Position numbers and translations under genes: made by a program | The notes under the pieces: model-generated | What the model saw: only the letters and a program-made list of their open reading frames with translations | Databases searched by the model: none | What the model was told of the DNA's origin: nothing | NCBI GenBank assembly: GCA_020847115.1 | Contig: JADLCO010000136.1 | Location: forward strand, 1 to 13,678 | DNA: 13,678 nt | Reading direction: 5' to 3' | Origin: Pseudomonadales bacterium | GTDB taxonomy: Bacteria > Pseudomonadota > Gammaproteobacteria > Pseudomonadales > Porticoccaceae | In this document: piece after piece, positions 1 through 6,676 of the stretch | How positions within the stretch are numbered: position 1 is the stretch's first letter | Layout of the letters: each line of letters opens with the position of its first letter

Positions 1-1
1 A

Positions 2-271
2 CCCAAGTTCGTCGCCGCGATCGACGCCGGGCGCTGCATCGGCTGTGGCCGCTGTTTCCGCGTCTGCGGGCGCGATGTGCTGCAGATGGTGGGATTGACC
101 GAGGACGGCGAAAAAATTCCGGTGGGCGCGGTCGGCGACGAGGACGACGACGAGGAGTACGAGCGCAAGATCATGACCATCGCCAACCAGATGAACTGCG
201 TCGGCTGCGAGGCCTGCTCCAAGATCTGTCCGAAGAAGTGCTACACCCACACCCCCATGGAGGCACCCTGA
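2..271 (+). CDS. fdxB: nif-specific ferredoxin III, 2x[4Fe-4S] type (5' end outside window)
   Basis: The frame of ORF 77..271 stays open to the window edge (PKFVAAIDAGRCIGCGRCFRVCGRDVLQM...). Two C-x2-C-x2-C-x3-C motifs (CIGCGRCFRVC and CVGCEACSKICP) are separated by an acidic insert (GDEDDDEEYE), the layout of nif ferredoxin III. It lies directly upstream of nifQ. Confidence 0.85.
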   Translation, partial: PKFVAAIDAGRCIGCGRCFRVCGRDVLQMVGLTEDGEKIPVGAVGDEDDDEEYERKIMTIANQMNCVGCEACSKICPKKCYTHTPMEAP

Positions 272-891
272 TGACGGCGGCGCCGGCGCTGCGCAGCGAA
301 GGCACGGGGCTCGCGGGGCGGCTGCTGGCCAGCGCCCGCGATCCCGGACAGCCCGAAATCCTGGCGCTGGCGCACGGCATCGCGCTCACCTGGGGCTGGT
401 CACTGGGGCCGGCGGGCGGGGTGCTGGGGCTCGATCGCGAGGCCAGCCGGGCACTGCTCGCGGCGGTGTTTCCCGCTGCGGGCCCGCTGCTCGACGATTT
501 GCCCGCACCATCCGCAGCGGCAGATAGAGATCGCGCCGACGAATTCGCCGATCTGCTCGGCCTGCTCCTGGCGCATCGGCTGCGCCCCAACCGCGACGGC
601 GAGTGGCTGGCGCGCGCGGTGGCCGCGGGCTGTCTCGGCGACAATCACCTGTGGGAGGACCTGGGCCTGCCGAGCCGGGCGCAGCTGTCCGCCCTGCTCG
701 ATGCCTGGTTTCCGGCGCTGGTCGCGCGCAATGCCTACAACCTGCGCTGGAAGCGGTTTTTCTACCGCCAGCTCTGCGAGGCCACCGAGATCCGCCTGTG
801 CAAGGCGCCGAGCTGTGGCGTGTGCAGCGACTACGCCGCCTGCTTCGGCGGCGTTGCGGCGCCGGCAGCGATCGGGAGCGCCGCGCCATGA
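271..891 (+). CDS. nifQ: NifQ (molybdenum processing for FeMo-cofactor)
   Basis: The C-terminal CKAPSCGVCSDYAAC matches the NifQ Cx4Cx2Cx5C signature, preceded by the conserved LGDNHLWEDLGL...RWKRFFYRQLC block. ATG 271 overlaps the fdxB stop (TGATG). The GTG at 238 in the ORF track would overlap fdxB by 34 nt and is not preferred. Confidence 0.9.
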   Translation: MTAAPALRSEGTGLAGRLLASARDPGQPEILALAHGIALTWGWSLGPAGGVLGLDREASRALLAAVFPAAGPLLDDLPAPSAAADRDRADEFADLLGLLLAHRLRPNRDGEWLARAVAAGCLGDNHLWEDLGLPSRAQLSALLDAWFPALVARNAYNLRWKRFFYRQLCEATEIRLCKAPSCGVCSDYAACFGGVAAPAAIGSAAP

Positions 892-1322
892 GCGCGCAGC
901 CGGCGGCGGATGGTATTGCATTGTTCGCGCACATCGGCGGTGCCGCCACCATCGACCGCCTGGTGGAGGTGTTCTACGCGCGCATGGACAGCCTGCCCGA
1001 GGCCGCCACCATCCGCGCCCTGCACCCGGCGGATCTGGGCCCGGTCAAGGAGGTGCTCAAGCGCTATCTCGGCGAGTGGCTGGGCGGCCCGCCGCTGTAC
1101 TCGGCCGAACGCGGCCACCCGCGCCTGCGCCAGCGGCATCTGGGCTTTCCCATCGGCGCAGCCGAACGCGACGCCTGGCTGCTGTGCATGCGCGGCGCGC
1201 TCGACGAGACCGTCGCGGATACTGCGGCACGCGAGGCGATTTACGAACGCATGGCGGGGCTCGCCGACTGGATGCGCAACCGCGACGGCAATCCCCACGA
1301 CACTGGCGGGGCGCGGCCCTGA
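888..1322 (+). CDS. glbO: Group II truncated haemoglobin (HbO/GlbO family), 144 aa
   Basis: The real start is ATG 888 inside ORF 603..1322 and overlaps the nifQ stop (ATGA). ERGHPRLRQRHLGFPI...ERDAWLLCM closely matches my recollection of M. tuberculosis HbO (RGHPRLRMRHAPFRI...ERDAWLRCM). Proximal His, Trp G8 and Tyr B10 (VFYARM) are present. Confidence 0.9.
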   Translation: MSAQPAADGIALFAHIGGAATIDRLVEVFYARMDSLPEAATIRALHPADLGPVKEVLKRYLGEWLGGPPLYSAERGHPRLRQRHLGFPIGAAERDAWLLCMRGALDETVADTAAREAIYERMAGLADWMRNRDGNPHDTGGARP

Positions 1323-1346
1323 AGCAGACTTCGGCATGCATCCGGC

Positions 1347-1362
1347 GCGCCCGTGTGGGCGC
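1347..1362 (+). other. Perfect GC hairpin GCGCCC-GTGT-GGGCGC in the glbO / sagB-like spacer
   Basis: A 6-bp all-G:C stem with a 4-nt loop, read directly from the sequence, 25 nt after the glbO stop. No U-tract follows, so it is not a canonical intrinsic terminator. It could be a processing or stability element or a weak attenuator. Confidence 0.25.
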
Positions 1363-1449
1363 AAGCCGCAGCGTCGTACCACCGCTGCCGGGCGCCGGCG
1401 CTGGCCGATTACTGTCGCAGAGAGTTTGCGGCGATCGCGGATTTGCCGC

Positions 1450-3093
1450 ATGACTGCCATGAACGCCTACGCCACCGTACTCCGCTACCACGAGCGCACG
1501 GTGCACCGCTTCGCGGCTTACGCGCGCGGCCCGGAAACCCTGGACTGGGACGCGCAGCCGGCGCCGTTTCGCCGCTACGAGGGCGCCCCGGTGCAGGTGC
1601 TGCCGCTTTGCGCCGCGCGCTTCGAGGCGCCGTTTTCGCGCCTGCAACAACCGGTGCAGGGGCCGGCGGCTCAAGCCGGGCCAGACGCGCTCGGCGCGCT
1701 GCTGCAGCTTTCGTTCGCCATCTCGGCGTGGAAATCGAACGGCGTCGAGCGCTGGGCACTGCGCGCCAATCCCTCCAGCGGCAACCTGCATCCGACCGAG
1801 GTCTATGTGCTCGCCCACGGCATCGCAGGGCTCGCCGACGGCGTGCACCACTACCGCGCCGAGGACCACGCACTGGAACGCCGCGCCGTCTGGCCGCCGG
1901 GCGACGGGCCGCCGGGGCTGTATCTGGGTTTGAGTTCGGTGATCTGGCGCGAGGCCTGGAAGTACGGCGAGCGCGCGTTTCGCTACTGCCAGCTCGACGT
2001 CGGCCAAGCCGTGGCCTGCGTCGCCCATGCGGCCGCGCTGCTCGGCTGGCGGGTGGAAGAAGCTCGTTTGCCGCACGCGGCACTGGCGCGGCTGCTGGGG
2101 CTCGACCGCCACGGTGACTTCAGCGCCGGCCGGCGCGACGACGTCGAGCGCGAGGAGCCCGAGCTGCTGCTGGCGCTGCGCAGCGATCCCGCCGTTCCCG
2201 GTGACACCGGCGCGGCGCTGCCGGCACGCACCGAGGGCGCCAACTGGCACGGCCGCGCCAGCGCGATCGACCGCCACCCGATGTACCGCTGGCCGATCAT
2301 CGACGAGGTGGTCGCCGCGACGGCGCTTACGGACGCCGAGTCATCCGCCGTTGCCGTCGAGGCGGGTGAACTTGCGCGGCCGCCGTTCGAACCCGCCGGC
2401 GGCGAGCCCGGCGCGGTGGCGACCATTCTTGGCCGGCGCAGCGGCCAGCGCTACGACATCGATGGCCGTATGCCCGAGGCGACGTTTTTTCGCCTGCTCG
2501 GTGCGACGCTGGCCCGGCCCCAGCCGCCGTGGCAGACCTTGCCCGATGTGGCGCACGGCGCGCTGCTGCTGTTCGTGCACCGCGTGGACGGCCTGACGCC
2601 GGGTCTCTACCTGCTGCTGCGCGATGCCGCGAGCGCGGCCGCGCTGCCGGCACGGCTCAAGCCCGAATTCGCGGCCGCGCCGCGCGTCGCCGGTTTGGCG
2701 CACCTGGACCTGCGCTGCCTCGGCACAGTCGAGCCGGCCGCGCTGCGCCGGGTGGCGCGCAGCCTGTGCTGCCACCAGGACATCGCCGCGACCGCCTGTT
2801 TTTCGCTCGCCATGCTGGCACCGTTCGAGCCCGTGGTGCGGGCCGATCCTGCCCGCTACCGCGCGCTGCTGCGCGCGGCCGGCCTGGTCGGCCAGGTGCT
2901 GTACCTGGAGGCCGAGGCACTCGGCTACCGCGGCACTGGCATCGGCTGCTACTTCGACGACGAGGTACATGCGCTGCTGGGTCTCGAGGATCGGCAGTGG
3001 CAAGTCCTGTACGCCTTCGCCGTCGGCGTGCCGCTGCTCGACGCGCGGCTCGAAACCACCGCGCCCTACGTTGGGCGCGATCTCGCGGCGTGA
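1450..3093 (+). CDS. Tandem nitroreductase-fold protein, SagB/ThcOx-type dehydrogenase family (about 547 aa)
   Basis: The N-terminus YHERTVHRFAAYARGPETLDWDAQPAPFRRYEGAPVQVLP is the typical SagB-type opening (YHxxTKH...LDWxxQPxPFKxY). A second nitroreductase-like half follows (ILGRRSGQRYD...GLYLLL...GIGCYFDDEVHALLGL). The start could be ATG 1450 or 1459, and neither has a clear SD. The in-frame region upstream has poorer codon third-position GC. Confidence 0.8.
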   Translation: MTAMNAYATVLRYHERTVHRFAAYARGPETLDWDAQPAPFRRYEGAPVQVLPLCAARFEAPFSRLQQPVQGPAAQAGPDALGALLQLSFAISAWKSNGVERWALRANPSSGNLHPTEVYVLAHGIAGLADGVHHYRAEDHALERRAVWPPGDGPPGLYLGLSSVIWREAWKYGERAFRYCQLDVGQAVACVAHAAALLGWRVEEARLPHAALARLLGLDRHGDFSAGRRDDVEREEPELLLALRSDPAVPGDTGAALPARTEGANWHGRASAIDRHPMYRWPIIDEVVAATALTDAESSAVAVEAGELARPPFEPAGGEPGAVATILGRRSGQRYDIDGRMPEATFFRLLGATLARPQPPWQTLPDVAHGALLLFVHRVDGLTPGLYLLLRDAASAAALPARLKPEFAAAPRVAGLAHLDLRCLGTVEPAALRRVARSLCCHQDIAATACFSLAMLAPFEPVVRADPARYRALLRAAGLVGQVLYLEAEALGYRGTGIGCYFDDEVHALLGLEDRQWQVLYAFAVGVPLLDARLETTAPYVGRDLAA

Positions 3094-3104
3094 AGGAGCC
3101 GACC

Positions 3105-3482
3105 ATGCCCGAAGGCACCTTCCGCTGTATTCCCGCCGCCGAGGCGCTCGCGTTCATGATCGCGGCCACCGGGCAGCAGCGCCCGTACCGCCTGTTCGAC
3201 ACGCGCGACGCCGGCAGCTACGCGCGCGGCCATCTGGCGCAGGCCGAGCCGCTCGCGGAGCGCGACCTCGGGCAGTGGATCGGCCGCCTGCCGCGTGCGC
3301 AGCCGCTCTTGATCTACTGCTACCACGGCCACGCCAGCCAGGTGTTCGCCAAGGCCTTCGCCGACTTCGGCTACACCGAGGTCTACAGCATCGACGGCGG
3401 CTTCCAGGCGCTGGCGCAGGCCGCGGACCAGGCCCGCGCGGCGCCGCCGGCCGGTGTCACCTGGTCTCCACCACAGCCATAA
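3105..3482 (+). CDS. Single-domain rhodanese (GlpE-like sulfurtransferase), 125 aa
   Basis: The active-site loop CYHGHAS resembles E. coli GlpE CYHGNSS, within a rhodanese fold context (LIYCYHGHASQVFAKAFADFGYTEVYSIDGGFQAL). An AAGGAG SD lies at 3093-3098. A rhodanese (rhdN) after nifQ is known in Azotobacter vinelandii. Confidence 0.85.
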   Translation: MPEGTFRCIPAAEALAFMIAATGQQRPYRLFDTRDAGSYARGHLAQAEPLAERDLGQWIGRLPRAQPLLIYCYHGHASQVFAKAFADFGYTEVYSIDGGFQALAQAADQARAAPPAGVTWSPPQP

Positions 3483-3500
3483 ACCCGAGGAGTCCCCGCC

Positions 3501-3734
3501 ATGGCCATGACCGCAGCGCAAATCGAAATCCTGCTCAAAAGCGCTTTTCCCGATGCAGTGATCGAACTCACGGACACCGCCGGTGACGGCGACCACTGGC
3601 GTGCGCGCATCGTGTCGGCGGCGTTTCGCGGCAAGACGCGCGTGCAACAGCACCAGCTGGTGTACGGCGCGATCGGCCCCGAGATGGGCGGCGCGCTGCA
3701 CGCGCTGGCGCTGCACACCGAAGTTCCCGCCTGA
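3501..3734 (+). CDS. BolA-family protein, 77 aa
   Basis: Size and sequence fit BolA/IbaG (LTDTAGDGDHWRARIVSAAFRGKTRVQQHQLVY...LHALALHT, with the conserved C-terminal His). A GAGGAG SD lies at 3487-3492. It sits immediately upstream of a CGFS glutaredoxin, the known BolA partner. Confidence 0.8.
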   Translation: MAMTAAQIEILLKSAFPDAVIELTDTAGDGDHWRARIVSAAFRGKTRVQQHQLVYGAIGPEMGGALHALALHTEVPA

Positions 3735-3761
3735 GCTCACGCCCACCAAGGAGAACCCGCC

Positions 3762-4097
3762 ATGACCACGTCCGCCCCCGGCCCGGTTGCCGAGCACATC
3801 GGCGAACTCCTCGCCACGCACGACATCCTGCTGTTCATGAAAGGCGTCCCGGCGGCGCCGCAGTGCGGCTTCTCGCAGGCCGTGGTGCAGGTCATGAGCC
3901 AGCTCGGCGTGCGCTACGCCGCCGTCAATGTGCTCGCCGACGACGCGATCCGCGAGGGCATCAAGGCGTACTCCAACTGGCCGACCATCCCGCAGCTCTA
4001 TATCAAGGGCGAGTTCATCGGCGGCTGCGACATCGTGCGCGAGCTGTTCGCAAGCGGCGAGCTCCGGCAGCTGCTTGCGCAGAAAGGACTCGGCTGA
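3762..4097 (+). CDS. grxD: Monothiol glutaredoxin, Grx4/Grx5 (CGFS) family, 111 aa
   Basis: CGFS active site. WPTIPQLYIKGEFIGGCDIV is the canonical monothiol Grx motif. An AAGGAG SD lies at 3748-3753. Confidence 0.92.
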   Translation: MTTSAPGPVAEHIGELLATHDILLFMKGVPAAPQCGFSQAVVQVMSQLGVRYAAVNVLADDAIREGIKAYSNWPTIPQLYIKGEFIGGCDIVRELFASGELRQLLAQKGLG

Positions 4098-4134
4098 ACG
4101 CCGCGCGGACCTCTGGAACCACCGGATACCCAAC

Positions 4135-4473
4135 ATGAACTTCACCACCCTCTGCACCACCGACGCCGTGCGCGAAGGCGGCATGGGCCTGTTCCAGGTC
4201 GGCAAGAAAAGCGTGCTGCTGGTCTGGCCGGCCGGCGGCGAGCTCAAGGCCTACCGCGGCCGCTGCCCGCACGCCGACATGCCGCTCACCGAGGCCAGCT
4301 TCGATGGCCGGGCGGTGGTTTGTCCGCATCACCGCTGGGGCTTCGATGCCGGCAGCGGCAAGTGCGTGACACACCTGGTGCGCAATGCGCTGCACCCGTA
4401 TCCGCTGCGCATCGCGGGCGACGCGATCCAGGTCGACGTCGGCCCGGTGAAGCCGCCGCGCCCGCTGGCCTGA
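4135..4473 (+). CDS. Small Rieske [2Fe-2S] domain protein, 112 aa
   Basis: CPH-x16-CPHH (RGRCPHADMPLTEASFDGRAVVCPHHRWGFD) fits the Rieske C-x-H-x15-17-C-x-x-H motif. ATG 4135 lies within ORF 3928..4473. Confidence 0.85.
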   Translation: MNFTTLCTTDAVREGGMGLFQVGKKSVLLVWPAGGELKAYRGRCPHADMPLTEASFDGRAVVCPHHRWGFDAGSGKCVTHLVRNALHPYPLRIAGDAIQVDVGPVKPPRPLA

Positions 4474-4478
4474 CGCCG

Positions 4479-5322
4479 ATGGCGATGCCCGCCGATCTCG
4501 TCCAGACCGAGCCGGGGCTGGCGGTGCTGCGCATGGCGGCGCTGCTGGCCGAAGACGACGGCGCGCTCGACGAGGATCTGCTCGACGCCATGGCCGAGCA
4601 CACCGCGCGCGGTGCGCTGCACGCCACGCCGGCGGCGGCCATGTGGCCGGAATTGCGGCGGGGCCTCATGGCGCGCGCCGTCGCGCATGCTGGCGGCGCT
4701 GCGCCTGTCGGGCGCACTCGGCGCGGTGCTGCCGGAAGTCGCGGCGCTGTTCGGCGTGCCGCAGCTCGGCGCCGACCAGGCCGGCGTCGACATCGGCCTG
4801 CACACGCTGAACGCGCTGGCCGACGCCGCGCGCTGCGACGCGCCGCTCGAGGTGCGCTTTGCGCTCCTGGTGATGAACGTCGGCAAGTCCGACTCGCCGC
4901 CCGAGCACCTGCCGGTGCACTACCGCCACGTCGAGCGCGGCGGGCCGCGCATCGCGGCGATCTGCACGCGCCTCGGCGTGCCGGCAGCGTGTCGGGAGCT
5001 GGCGCTGCTCGCGCTCGGCGAATGCGAGCGCGTGCACCGCGTGTCCGAGGTCCGCGCGGGCCCGGTGGCGGCCATGCTCGAACGCCTGGGCGCCTTCGAT
5101 GCGCCAGAACGCTTCGCAGCCCTGATGCAGGTGTGCGCCTGCGACTACCGCGCCCACGGCGAGGGTTTCGGCCCGATCTATCCGAAGGCCGAGCTGCTGT
5201 ACACGGCGCTGCACGCCTGTCGGGGCGTGGCAGGCGACGCCGGTGATCTCGACGTGGCGCGCGCGCAGGCGATCGCCACGGCGTTTCGCTCGCAGCGCTG
5301 GTCGTCGGCCGGCCATGTCTGA
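4479..5322 (+). pseudogene. CCA-adding-enzyme (Cca) paralogue lacking the nucleotidyltransferase head, with a degenerate HD motif. The reading frame changes at the GCGCGCGC run 4671-4678
   Basis: In the frame of ATG 4479, EPGLAVLRMAALLA...HATPAAAMWPELRRGLMA is colinear with E. coli Cca DPLRVLRVARFAAR...[16 protein letters not shown]. In the frame of ORF 4612..5322, LPEVAALFGVPQ...VDIGLHTL...VRFALLVMNVGK...PPE...LGVP matches [12 protein letters not shown]...IDTGIHTL...VRFATLCHDLGK...PPE...LRVP. The codon third-position GC signal switches frame at about 4670-4680. If the break is genuine, the product would be either a truncated protein or one starting at ATG 4687. Confidence 0.6.
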
Positions 5323-5343
5323 CAGCGCGTCCGGACCCCGCCC

Positions 5344-5976
5344 ATGGCCATGAAGTTCTACATGACGCCCGGCTCCTGCTCGACCGGCATCCACATCCTG
5401 CTGGAAACGCTGGAGCTGCCGTTCGAGGCCTGGGTGCTCAACCTGCCGGCTGGCGATCACCTGAAGCCCGAGTACCTCGCCATCAACCCGCGCGGCACCA
5501 TCCCGACGCTGGTACCAGACGACGGCCCGGCGCTCACCGATTTCCGCTCGATCGCGCTGTGGCTCGCGGAGCGGTATCCGCGCGCCAGGCTGCTGCCGGA
5601 CGAACCGCCGCTTGCGGCGCGCGCGGTCGAGCTGCTCGACTTTGCACTGGGTCAGCTGCACGGCGAGGGCTTCACGCGCATCTTCACTGCCGAGCGCTAC
5701 CTTGCCGCGCCCGGTGCGCGGGCGCAGGACGACGTCGTGGCGCACGGCCGCGAGATCGTGGCGCAGGCGTTCGCGGCGCTCGAAAAACGCCTGCCGGCCG
5801 ACGGCTATGCGGTCGGCGAGCGCTTCACCGTCGCCGACGCCGCGCTGTTCTACAACGAGTTCTGGGCCGACAAGGTGGACATCCCGCTGCCGCCGCGCGT
5901 GGCGGCGCACTACCGGCGCCTGCGCGCGCTGCCGGTGGTGCGCCAGGTGCTCGCCGAGGAGGGGTATCGTTCGTGA
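5344..5976 (+). CDS. Glutathione S-transferase (beta-class-like), 210 aa
   Basis: An N-terminal thioredoxin-like GST domain with the SCS motif (TPGSCSTGIHILLE, compare E. coli Gst GACS) and INPRGTIPTL (compare the GST xNPxGxVP motif). The C-terminal helical domain contains FTVADAALF. Alternative start at ATG 5350. Confidence 0.85.
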   Translation: MAMKFYMTPGSCSTGIHILLETLELPFEAWVLNLPAGDHLKPEYLAINPRGTIPTLVPDDGPALTDFRSIALWLAERYPRARLLPDEPPLAARAVELLDFALGQLHGEGFTRIFTAERYLAAPGARAQDDVVAHGREIVAQAFAALEKRLPADGYAVGERFTVADAALFYNEFWADKVDIPLPPRVAAHYRRLRALPVVRQVLAEEGYRS

Positions 5977-6296
5977 CATCTCCGCTGGAGACCCTGTCGA
6001 TGTGCGACGAAGCCGGCGGGCGCGAACGCTATTTCCTCACCTATCGCGGCACCCGGCTGCCGCTGCAGTTGACGCAGGAGCTGCCCACCGGCGCGCTGCG
6101 TCATCGCAACACCTACATCCGGGCGCGCTACGATGGGCTGGACCGCCTGATCCGCTGCGAAAAACTGGTGTACGGGGAAGTCGAAATGATCCACGCCTAC
6201 GAGTACGATCCCGCCGGTCGGCTGTGCCGCGCCATCATCACGGTCGGCGACGAAGAACCACGGACGCTGTACCTCGACGCGGAGTCTCTCCCATGA
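5973..6296 (+). CDS. Hypothetical protein (about 98-107 aa) with a YD-repeat-like motif
   Basis: High third-position GC throughout. GTG 5973 overlaps the GST stop (GTGA); the alternative start is ATG 6000. The stop overlaps the apaG start (ATGA). It contains YEYDPAGRL, which resembles the YD/Rhs repeat core YxYDxxGRL. I do not recognise a family with confidence. Confidence 0.6.
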   Translation: MTSPLETLSMCDEAGGRERYFLTYRGTRLPLQLTQELPTGALRHRNTYIRARYDGLDRLIRCEKLVYGEVEMIHAYEYDPAGRLCRAIITVGDEEPRTLYLDAESLP

Positions 6297-6676
6297 ACGA
6301 TACCCTCACCCGTGACATCCGCGTGATTGCCGAGCCGCGCTTCCTGCCCGAGCAATCGGATCCGTCATCCAGCCGGTTCGTGTTTGCCTACCGGATCACC
6401 GTGCGCAACGAGGGCGCGGTCCCGGTGCGGCTGCTGTCGCGGCACTGGGTCATCACCAATGGCGAGGGCGCCGTGGAGGAAGTGCGCGGGCCGGGGGTGG
6501 TGGGTTGCCAGCCAAAGATCGAACCGGGAAGGGAGTTCCAGTACACGAGCGGCTGCCCACTCGACACGCCGATGGGCACCATGCACGGCAGTTTCCAGAT
6601 GGTGACCGCGGCCGGGGAGGCGTTCGATGCCCGCATCGCGCCGTTCCGGCTGGTGGTGCCGAACGTGCTGAATTGA
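6293..6676 (+). CDS. apaG: ApaG (DUF525) protein, 127 aa
   Basis: The typical ApaG sequence is present: FVFAYRITVRNEG...RHWVITNGEG..EEVRGPGVVGCQPKIEPGREFQYTSGCPL.TPMGTMHGSFQM. ATG 6293 lies inside ORF 5612..6676. Confidence 0.9.
   Translation: MNDTLTRDIRVIAEPRFLPEQSDPSSSRFVFAYRITVRNEGAVPVRLLSRHWVITNGEGAVEEVRGPGVVGCQPKIEPGREFQYTSGCPLDTPMGTMHGSFQMVTAAGEAFDARIAPFRLVVPNVLN

Noticed and set aside
238-270. The GTG 238 start for nifQ given by the ORF track (MLHPHPHGGTL...).
   Set aside because: It would overlap the end of fdxB by 34 nt. ATG 271 gives the common TGATG stop/start coupling.
1332-1419. Sigma-54-like elements: cGGCAtG-N4-cgGCg (1332-1347) and TGGCCG-N5-TGTCG (1402-1418).
   Set aside because: The first satisfies only the GG-N10-GC skeleton, which is expected by chance at this GC content, and has poor flanks. 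The second lacks GC at the -12 position with correct spacing. No TGT-N10-ACA NifA upstream activating sequence was found upstream.
1336-1449. An in-frame ATG at 1336 that would give the SagB-like protein a 38-aa Arg-rich N-terminal extension.
   Set aside because: Third-position GC drops in this stretch (11 of 38 codons end in A/T by hand count). SagB-type proteins normally begin shortly before the YHxxT motif.
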